NCBI GenBank assembly: GCA_964533255.1
Contig: CAZHKD010000001.1
Coordinates: forward strand, 1-56,326
Direction of reading: 5' to 3'
Length of the DNA: 56,326 nt
Origin: an uncultured archaeon
GTDB lineage: Archaea; Halobacteriota; Archaeoglobi; Archaeoglobales; Archaeoglobaceae
Part shown: positions 1-6,769 of the stretch, in pieces
Numbering within the stretch: the first letter of the stretch is position 1
Layout of the letters: each line of letters opens with the position of its first letter
Translations under genes and position numbers: made by a program
The notes under the pieces: generated by a model
Databases searched by the model: none
What the model was told of the DNA's origin: nothing
Seen by the model: only the letters and a program-made list of their open reading frames with translations

Positions 1-163
1 AAGCCCTGAACCAGCCCGAATCCATGGGTATCAGGTGATGCAGCTTTCCGAATGATGTCGAATCGGGTTCTATTTTTACTACCCTTGCCTTTCCAAGAGT
101 CTCAGCAATGTCGGGAGACGTTCTGGCTATGGACTCATAGGTCTTTTCCAGACTCCTCCGCAT
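1..163 (-). CDS. hypothetical protein, N-terminal fragment (gene continues beyond left edge of window)
   Basis: Own reading: ATG at 163 on the minus strand is open to position 1 (MRRSLEKTYESIARTSPDIAETLGKARVVKIEPDSTSFGKLHHLIPMDSGWFRA...). It is not in the ORF track because it is truncated. No family recognised. Confidence 0.25.
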   Translation of the reverse strand, partial: MRRSLEKTYESIARTSPDIAETLGKARVVKIEPDSTSFGKLHHLIPMDSGWFRA

Positions 164-203
164 CGTGTCTGAGTAGACTGCAATGAGGTAAGACTTAAAT
201 AGT

Positions 204-473
204 ATGTCTTACAAACCAAAATTTGTGGTAAAAATGAATGTTGTCAGAATCTCTTCAAAAGGGCAGATTGTAATACCTGCAAAACTGAGAAAGGAGCTTG
301 GACTGGAAGTGGGAGATAGGCTGATAGTTGACAGAAAGGAAAATGCAATAATTCTGAAACCTGTTGTAAAGCTATCAAAGCTCAGAGGCGTCGACAAACT
401 AAAAGGTGTGTCTAGGGAAGTGGACGAGATCAGGAAGGAGTGGGACAGGGAGTTTGATGAGGTATCTGTTTGA
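204..473 (+). CDS. vapB: AbrB/SpoVT-family antitoxin (VapB-like)
   Basis: 89 aa. SSKGQIVIPAKLRKELGLEVGDRL is the AbrB/SpoVT swapped-hairpin motif. The 3' end overlaps the downstream PIN gene. The true start may be the internal ATG at 234 (MNVVRISSKGQ). Confidence 0.8.
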   Translation: MSYKPKFVVKMNVVRISSKGQIVIPAKLRKELGLEVGDRLIVDRKENAIILKPVVKLSKLRGVDKLKGVSREVDEIRKEWDREFDEVSV

Positions 474-846
474 CACAAAAGCTCTGATGGCCTTCTTCAA
501 TGATGAAGAAGGAGCAGAGTTTGTGGAGGGAATTTTGGCGGATATAGATGAAAACAAGGCAGAGGGGTTCATATGCTCGATAACTCTCGCTGAAATCTAT
601 TATGTCTATTCGAGGAGGGTCGGAGAAGAATACGCAGGAAAGAGAGTGGAGCAGATAGCTTCTTCGAATCTGAAGGTAATTGCAATAGATGAAGATGTCG
701 CGCTGAAGGCTGGGAAGTATAAGGTGAAAGCCATCCCAATAGCAGACGCCCTTATTGCTGCAGCCGCAGATTCAGTAAACGCAAAGGTTGTTACGGATGA
801 CGAACATTTTGAGAAAGTAGGTGTTGAAGTTATCAGGTTCAGGTAA
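457..846 (+). CDS. vapC: PIN-domain ribonuclease toxin (VapC-like)
   Basis: 129 aa from ATG 457 (MRYLFDTKAL..., early Asp; TLAEIYY; C-terminal DALIAAAA...VVTDDEHF), typical of a PIN domain. It overlaps the antitoxin by 17 nt. The track start at 406 is an out-of-context upstream extension. Confidence 0.8.
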   Translation: MRYLFDTKALMAFFNDEEGAEFVEGILADIDENKAEGFICSITLAEIYYVYSRRVGEEYAGKRVEQIASSNLKVIAIDEDVALKAGKYKVKAIPIADALIAAAADSVNAKVVTDDEHFEKVGVEVIRFR

Positions 847-1003
847 CATCAGCCAGGGTAATGGGTTCAGTATTGGCGGTCTTACACGTCCAAGATAACT
901 TTAATAACTGTGCATCACGTATTACGTACAGCCATCCGCAAACCACTGGAATGACCGAAAACTTTATATACTGATTCCTTCAGTTATTTAAATATCTTTC
1001 GAA

Positions 1004-1015
1004 AAATTTATAATT
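1004..1015 (+). promoter_or_regulatory. TATA-like box upstream of gar1
   Basis: AAATTTATAATT is centred about 20 nt upstream of ATG 1030, consistent with an archaeal TATA and a leaderless or near-leaderless transcript. Confidence 0.4.
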
Positions 1016-1029
1016 CTGGTAGGGGCAGA

Positions 1030-1359
1030 ATGAAAGGCTTGAGGAAGATAGGCAGGGTTCTCCATCTCACAAAGACTGGCAACATAGTTGTGGAGGCCGA
1101 TCCGAAGAATTTACCGAAGATTGGGAGTAATGTAGTTAACAGGAAAAATGAGAAGGTAGGTTTTGTTTATGACATTATTGGGCCAACAAAGTCCCCATTT
1201 GTCATCATCCGCCCCTACGATAGGTCTGCTGAAGTTAATGAGTTATTTGTGGTGAGCGCTCATGGTGGAGAAGGAAAGAGTAAGGGAAAAGGAAATAGAA
1301 AGAAAGGAAGTAGAGAGAGAGGTAGAAAGAAAGGAGCTGGAAAGAGAAGACGTAATTGA
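1030..1359 (+). CDS. gar1: H/ACA RNP protein Gar1 with Gly/Lys/Arg-rich C-terminal tail
   Basis: [23 protein letters not shown]...[21 protein letters not shown] matches the archaeal Gar1 barrel. It lies directly upstream of tfb, as in many Euryarchaeota. The tail is [31 protein letters not shown]. Confidence 0.85.
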   Translation: MKGLRKIGRVLHLTKTGNIVVEADPKNLPKIGSNVVNRKNEKVGFVYDIIGPTKSPFVIIRPYDRSAEVNELFVVSAHGGEGKSKGKGNRKKGSRERGRKKGAGKRRRN

Positions 1360-2257
1360 GACCTGCCCCGAATGCGGCAGTCCAAGGCTCATCAGGGATT
1401 ACAGACGTGGCGAATTCATCTGTCAGGATTGCGGGCTTGTGATTGAGGAAACGTACATCGACTCCGGCCCGGAGTGGAGGGCCTTTGACAGCGAGCAGAA
1501 GGAGAAGCGAAGCAGAGTAGGTGCCCCCGTAACCTACACCATTCACGATAAGGGGCTTTCCACCATAATCGACTGGAGCAACAAGGACTATTACGGCAAG
1601 TCCATCTCGATCAGAAACAGGGCTCAGCTCTTCAGGCTGAGAAAGTGGCAGAGGAGAATCAGGATAAGCAACGCTACCGAGAGAAACCTCGCCTTCGCTC
1701 TCAGCGAACTCGACAGGATGGCTTCCGCTTTAGGCCTGCCCAAGAGCGTAAGGGAGATTGCAGCGGTTGTCTACAGAAAGGCCGTCGACAAGAACCTGAT
1801 AAGGGGCAGGAGCATCGAAGGCGTGGTTGCAGCAGCCCTGTATGCGGCATGCCGCCAGGCAGGGGTGCCAAGAACTCTCGATGAGATTGCAACCTATTCC
1901 AGAGTGGACAGGAAGGAGATTGGAAGGACGTACCGCTTCATTGCCAGGGAGCTCGGCCTGAAACTGATGCCAACAAGCCCCGCTGACTACGTGCCGAGGT
2001 TCTGCGCTGCCCTGAACCTCAGTGGAGAGGTGCAGAAGAAGGCCATCGAAATCATCAAGAAGGCCGAGGAGAAGGAGCTGACCAGCGGAAGAGGGCCTAC
2101 AGGTGTTGCTGCAGCGGCAATCTACATAGCCAGCATCCTGGAAGGTGAGAGGAGAACTCAGAGGGAAGTTGCCGAGGTTGCTGGAGTCACAGAAGTTACA
2201 ATCAGGAACCGCTACAAGGAGCTTGCTGAAAGGCTGGGCATTGAGATAATTCTGTAG
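1262..2257 (+). CDS. tfb: transcription initiation factor TFB (TFIIB homologue)
   Basis: Zn-ribbon CPECGS...CQDCG, B-finger/linker and two cyclin-fold repeats ([13 protein letters not shown]..., AAAIYIAS...[23 protein letters not shown]). The only upstream ATG/GTG is at 1262/1265. Confidence 0.95.
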   Translation: MVEKERVREKEIERKEVEREVERKELEREDVIETCPECGSPRLIRDYRRGEFICQDCGLVIEETYIDSGPEWRAFDSEQKEKRSRVGAPVTYTIHDKGLSTIIDWSNKDYYGKSISIRNRAQLFRLRKWQRRIRISNATERNLAFALSELDRMASALGLPKSVREIAAVVYRKAVDKNLIRGRSIEGVVAAALYAACRQAGVPRTLDEIATYSRVDRKEIGRTYRFIARELGLKLMPTSPADYVPRFCAALNLSGEVQKKAIEIIKKAEEKELTSGRGPTGVAAAAIYIASILEGERRTQREVAEVAGVTEVTIRNRYKELAERLGIEIIL

Positions 2258-2268
2258 TTGTGGATTGA

Positions 2269-2274
2269 TTTTTT
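2269..2274 (+). terminator. oligo-T tract after tfb
   Basis: T6 lies 12 nt after the tfb stop, with a second T6 at 2291-2296. Archaeal termination typically uses oligo-T. Confidence 0.4.
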
Positions 2275-2418
2275 GCTCATTCACTCCCCATTTTTTACAT
2301 TGCAACCTGTCTCATGCCCTGAAATATCTGCAGACATAGGGTAATTATTGGTCAGTTCGGGTGAGCATTCAGGCTCTCATGACCATAACTTTTTTACCCT
2401 GCACCCGTATGGCGGATT

Positions 2419-3699
2419 GTGGAACCTGGAAAAAAATTTGAAATTATTATTAATGAACTTTCCTCTGTAGTTGGTGAAGATGATGTTCTTACCGGCAACG
2501 CTATCAGGGTCTATGGTTATGATGCCTCTCCCATCGTGACCTCACCGCTGGTCGTGGTTAGGGTTGAAAACGCTCAGGAAGTCTCGGAAGTTCTTAAACT
2601 TGCCTCCGAGTGCAGAATTCCCGTAACACCCCGCGGTGCTGGCACGTCCACGGCTGGAAATTCCGCGGGCAAGGGAATAATTGTGGACATGAAGAAGATG
2701 AACGGGTTCCACATGGATTCGGAATTCATACTTGAAGCTGAAGCTGGCGCTGTTATGGGACATATAAAGGAGTATCTGGAACAGAAAGGATTTTTCCTCC
2801 CTCCAGAGCCGGGAAGCGTTGAGATATGCACGATCGGTGGATTTGTTGCCAACGCTGGAAGCGGCAAGAGGGGGTTGAAGTACGGCACCATCAGGGACTA
2901 CGTTCATGGCGTGGAAGTGGTGCTGCCCGACGGAAGCATAAACTTCGCTGGGACCAAGCATCTTAAGGACTGCGGATATGGTCTGCACTCCCTTTTCGTG
3001 GGCTCTGAAGGAACGCTTGGAGTAATAACCCGGGTTTGGCTGAAGGTGCTCCCGCTGCCAGCTTTCAGGCAGACATTTGTCTGCGAGGTGGAGAAGCTGG
3101 AGGACTGTGTAAGGGCAACTTTGGAGATTCTGAAGCATCTCCCGGATTCAGTGGAGTTTATGGACAGCAAATCAGCTTCTCTGCTCGGTTTCAGCTCAAA
3201 CCTGCTGGCCGTTGAGTTCGCATCGCATATACCTTCCGACTTTGGAGAAGCAGCTAACATTCTGGAGAAATTCGGTAATGTTCACGTCCTCGAAGGAAGT
3301 GAAGAGAAGGAGTTCTGGAAAAAACGCAGCCTGCTCGGTGCTGAACTCGGTGAGGGGAAAAGAGTATATGCTGGCGATGATATTATTGCACCCATTTCAG
3401 AACTGCCATCGGTCATCGAGATCGTGAAAAGCATTGCTGGAAAATACGGGTTCGAGAACTTCTTCTTCGGACACCTCGATACCGGAAACATTCACCCAAT
3501 TATTGTGGGAGAAGAAGAAAAAGGAATCGATTTTTCGAGGGAGCTTTACCGGGAAGTCAAGAGGAGGGGCTGGGACATCGGAGAGCACGGGTATGGAGAG
3601 GTGAGAAAAGACCTCCTTTCGGGCAGGAAGAACCTGATGAAGAAGATCAAGGGTGTTTTAGATCCCCTCGATATTATGAACCCGGGGAGGATTTTATGA
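2419..3699 (+). CDS. FAD-linked oxidase (GlcD / D-lactate dehydrogenase family)
   Basis: 426 aa. FAD-binding PCMH-type region (VVVRVENAQEVSEVLKLASECRIPVTPRGAGTS). The C-terminal ...GEHGYGEVRKD...LDPLDIMNPG is typical of GlcD/Dld. GTG start. Confidence 0.85.
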   Translation: MEPGKKFEIIINELSSVVGEDDVLTGNAIRVYGYDASPIVTSPLVVVRVENAQEVSEVLKLASECRIPVTPRGAGTSTAGNSAGKGIIVDMKKMNGFHMDSEFILEAEAGAVMGHIKEYLEQKGFFLPPEPGSVEICTIGGFVANAGSGKRGLKYGTIRDYVHGVEVVLPDGSINFAGTKHLKDCGYGLHSLFVGSEGTLGVITRVWLKVLPLPAFRQTFVCEVEKLEDCVRATLEILKHLPDSVEFMDSKSASLLGFSSNLLAVEFASHIPSDFGEAANILEKFGNVHVLEGSEEKEFWKKRSLLGAELGEGKRVYAGDDIIAPISELPSVIEIVKSIAGKYGFENFFFGHLDTGNIHPIIVGEEEKGIDFSRELYREVKRRGWDIGEHGYGEVRKDLLSGRKNLMKKIKGVLDPLDIMNPGRIL

Positions 3700-4715
3700 G
3701 GTCTAGAAAGTGTGTTCGCTGCTCAGCTTGCGTTCAGGACTGTCCCATTTATGTGGTCACTCTCTGGGAGCACCTGAGCCCCAAGGGCAGGCTGCTGCTC
3801 AGGGGGGAGAATCTGGAAGATGTCTTCTACACCTGCCTCACCTGTGCTAGGTGTGAAATTTCCTGTCCATCCGGACTCGAGATAGTTGACGATGTGGAGA
3901 ATGAAAGGGCGAGGCTCAGGGGTGAGGGCATCATCCCTCCAAAGCTCCATGAGATAACCCAGAAGGTTCTGAAAACCGGCAACCCCTATGGGTGCGAATC
4001 TTTGAGGTTCGAAGCAGAGGAGTGTGAGTATCTGTATTATCCGGGTTGCAGCACCATATACAGAGCAGGAGAAATATTTGAAAGTGTTTTGAGTGTTCTT
4101 GACTATTTGGAGGTGGACTATTCCGTCGAGTACTCTTACTGCTGTGGCAGCACCCTTTTGCGAACCGGTGAGAGCGGGGAAGCAGCGAGACGGAACTTTG
4201 AAAGCCTGAAGAGTGCCATAGAGCGGACGGGTGCGGAGTACATCATCACCTCGTGCCCCGGCTGCTACAGGACTCTGAAGAAGGACTATGAAAAGCTCTT
4301 CGGAGGGCTTGATGCGGAAATCATCCACATGGTTGAGTTTCTGGATGAGAAGTTCTCCGAAAACAACAGGATAGGTCTCAAGGTAACGTATCACGATTCC
4401 TGCCACCTCGGCAGACACATGGGGGTGTACGACGCCCCTCGAAACGTCCTCAGCAGGATGGTAACTCTGGTGGAAATGAAGAGCAACCGGGAAAAGAGCC
4501 TGTGCTGCGGCGGCGGCGGAGGCGTGAGGGCGGCATATCCCGACCTCTACAGGCTGGTCAGAGAAAAGAGGGTGGACGAAGCGGTTGAGAGTGGAGCGGA
4601 CATCATAGTGACTTCGTGTCCCTTCTGCTACATGAACCTGAAAAAATCGGGCAGGATGGAAGTGCTTGACATCACGATGCTGATTGAGAAGGTGCTGAGA
4701 GGGGATTACCTGTAG
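3696..4715 (+). CDS. Fe-S oxidoreductase with CCG domains (GlcF / HdrD-like partner subunit)
   Basis: Two ferredoxin-like Cys motifs (CVRCSACVQDCP, CLTCARCEISCP) followed by CCG-type motifs (YCCGS..., SLCCGGGGG, SCPFC). It overlaps the upstream FAD subunit by 4 nt. Confidence 0.85.
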   Translation: MRSRKCVRCSACVQDCPIYVVTLWEHLSPKGRLLLRGENLEDVFYTCLTCARCEISCPSGLEIVDDVENERARLRGEGIIPPKLHEITQKVLKTGNPYGCESLRFEAEECEYLYYPGCSTIYRAGEIFESVLSVLDYLEVDYSVEYSYCCGSTLLRTGESGEAARRNFESLKSAIERTGAEYIITSCPGCYRTLKKDYEKLFGGLDAEIIHMVEFLDEKFSENNRIGLKVTYHDSCHLGRHMGVYDAPRNVLSRMVTLVEMKSNREKSLCCGGGGGVRAAYPDLYRLVREKRVDEAVESGADIIVTSCPFCYMNLKKSGRMEVLDITMLIEKVLRGDYL

Positions 4716-4778
4716 CGTAGATGCCTGCAGAATCAATGGGGGATAGGGGTTAAATACCTGCTGTTCCAATTCTCTGCA

Positions 4779-5951
4779 ATGATTGGGATTACCAAGATGG
4801 TTACAGGAGACGCCACGGTATCGGAGTTCCTGACCTACGGAGGAGACAAAAGCAGAATTCCGAAGGCACTGGTGGAGGCGAGCAAAAAAGCAATACCGGT
4901 TACCGTGTGGAACGCAACTTCCAGATGCAATCTGAAGTGCATCCACTGCTACGCTGACGCCGGCGGTAAAAGGGAGGGCGAACTCACGACCGAGGAGGCA
5001 AAGGCCTTTATTGACGATCTCGCCTCAATGAAAGTTCCCGTTCTTCTGTTCAGCGGTGGCGAACCCCTCATGCGAGAGGATATTTTTGAGCTTGCGGAAT
5101 ACGCAGTTTCGAAGGGGATAAGGTGCTCCCTCTCGACAAATGGAACTCTGATAACTCCTGAAATTGCAGAGAAGCTCAAAGAAGCCGGCTTCTCGTACAT
5201 CGGAGTGAGTCTTGACGGCATGCCAGAAACCAACGACAGGTTCAGGGGCCTTAAGGGGGCATTTCAGAAGGCTCTCGAAGGCCTGATAAACGCAAAGGAG
5301 GCAGGATTGCTGACGGGCATCAGGTTTACGGTGACAAAGTACAATTTGAAGGACGTTCCTGAGGTAATTGACCTGCTTGCCGAAAACGACATTCCGAGGT
5401 TCTGCCTGTACCACCTCGTCCCTTCGGGAAGGGCCGACTTCAGGGATGATATCTCCATTAAGGAGAGGCGTGAGCTGATAGACTGGCTTTTTGAAAAGGC
5501 TTTACAGCTTCACGATGATGGCTATAAAACAGAAATCCTTACCGTGGACAACCCGGCGGACGGCATCTACACGTATCTGAAGCTGAAGGAGAATGATGAG
5601 GAGCTTGCGGAAATGGCTTTCGAATTCATGAAGTTCAGGGGTGGAGATAACAGCGGGAAGAGAATAGCGGATGTCGACATGTTCGGCAATATCCATCCAA
5701 ACCAGTTCTGGTGGGATTACACTGTGGGAAATATAAGAACCCAAAAATTCAGCGATATCTGGCTTAAACCGACGGATGAGCTGCTGATAAAGCTGAGAGA
5801 GAAGACTAAGCATCTCAGGGGTGAGAGGTGCGGCAGGTGCAGATTTAAAGAGGTCTGCGGCGGCTTCAGACTTAGAGCTTTGAGGGCCGGTGACTTGTGG
5901 GGAGATGATCCGAGCTGTTATCTTACAAAGGAAGAGATAGGAATTGTCTGA
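4779..5951 (+). CDS. radical SAM/SPASM enzyme, NirJ / AhbC-AhbD (alternative haem biosynthesis) type
   Basis: CNLKCIHCY radical-SAM cluster motif, GGEPL SAM-binding motif, and a C-terminal auxiliary Cys cluster (RCGRCRFKEVCGG). Overall similarity to NirJ/Ahb proteins is recalled from memory. Confidence 0.75.
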   Translation: MIGITKMVTGDATVSEFLTYGGDKSRIPKALVEASKKAIPVTVWNATSRCNLKCIHCYADAGGKREGELTTEEAKAFIDDLASMKVPVLLFSGGEPLMREDIFELAEYAVSKGIRCSLSTNGTLITPEIAEKLKEAGFSYIGVSLDGMPETNDRFRGLKGAFQKALEGLINAKEAGLLTGIRFTVTKYNLKDVPEVIDLLAENDIPRFCLYHLVPSGRADFRDDISIKERRELIDWLFEKALQLHDDGYKTEILTVDNPADGIYTYLKLKENDEELAEMAFEFMKFRGGDNSGKRIADVDMFGNIHPNQFWWDYTVGNIRTQKFSDIWLKPTDELLIKLREKTKHLRGERCGRCRFKEVCGGFRLRALRAGDLWGDDPSCYLTKEEIGIV

Positions 5952-5962
5952 TTTTGAAAAAG

Positions 5963-5996
5963 AGAAACTTAATTTATAGATTATATTTAAGTTTCT
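5963..5996. promoter_or_regulatory. perfect 10-bp inverted repeat enclosing a TATA-like loop
   Basis: AGAAACTTAA (5963-5972) and TTAAGTTTCT (5987-5996) are separated by TTTATAGATTATAT. It sits between the radical-SAM stop (5951) and ATG 6048. Confidence 0.35.
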
Positions 5997-6047
5997 GAAT
6001 TTAATCAAGCGAAAGATTTTAATTATTCTCTACTTCACTGCTGCAGG

Positions 6048-6716
6048 ATGTCGTTAGAGTGCGAAATAATAATGGACGAATTGAGAGATAAATCAATCCT
6101 GATAGAGTCTCACGTTGATTTTCCGTTTTCACTGCTGTTTCACATATCAATTCCACCACCCAGTCACCGCCACATTCTTGTGCTCACAGACTTGGATTAC
6201 TTCAAGGTTCAGAAGCTGTTCAATTTGGTCAACTCCAGTTTCAACTCTGATATAAGCCTGTCAGATTACGATGTGGTCAGAATAGGGAAAACAGAGGAAA
6301 GTGGCGTAATGGAAGTGAGAGCGGAGTACTCGGACAGCGTGGCAATAGTAGAGGGGGTAAAGCAAATCCTTGATTCCATTCAGCATGATGAGGTTTTCGT
6401 CTCAATTCTCAGCCTCTCGACCCTCATAAGGTTTGGCGGAGATGGTTTTCTGAAGAAGTTCTACGAGCTTTCTGCGTGGCTCACAGACAGAAAAATTCTG
6501 TATTCTGGAACTGTAAACCCGGACATGCTTGACGCCCACGAGCTGGCCAGCATAAGGAGCATGTTTGACGTTGTGCTGGAGCTCTACACCGAGGAAGCAT
6601 ACTCAATCTTTGACGAGATATACTTTGCCAAAGTCCTGAAAACCCTCGACCCCAGCCTCAGGCACCGCTGCTACAGCCTGAAGCTCAGCGAAAGTCTCAG
6701 ATTCCACAAGGTGTAG
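6048..6716 (+). CDS. hypothetical protein, DUF835-like / P-loop-less KaiC-RecA-fold candidate
   Basis: 222 aa with no Walker A. The C-terminal block VFVSILSLSTLIRFGGDGFLKKFYELSAWLTDRKILYSGTVNPDMLDAHE parallels VVLLDRLDYLILIHGFDEVLKFLTKLNELVYLTKGILLVVIDPDILSERE in the DUF835-like module of the 49682-53689 protein. Confidence 0.5.
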   Translation: MSLECEIIMDELRDKSILIESHVDFPFSLLFHISIPPPSHRHILVLTDLDYFKVQKLFNLVNSSFNSDISLSDYDVVRIGKTEESGVMEVRAEYSDSVAIVEGVKQILDSIQHDEVFVSILSLSTLIRFGGDGFLKKFYELSAWLTDRKILYSGTVNPDMLDAHELASIRSMFDVVLELYTEEAYSIFDEIYFAKVLKTLDPSLRHRCYSLKLSESLRFHKV

Positions 6717-6769
6717 TCTGATAGGTGTAATCAAAAAAATTATATCCTTTCCCCAATCCAGATAGAGCG

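Noticed and set aside
3723-4946. 407-aa minus-strand ORF antisense to the GlcF-like and radical SAM genes
   Set aside because: It is fully embedded opposite two genes with strong family signatures. The translation is low-complexity with no recognisable motif. Long antisense ORFs are expected in moderately GC-rich coding DNA.
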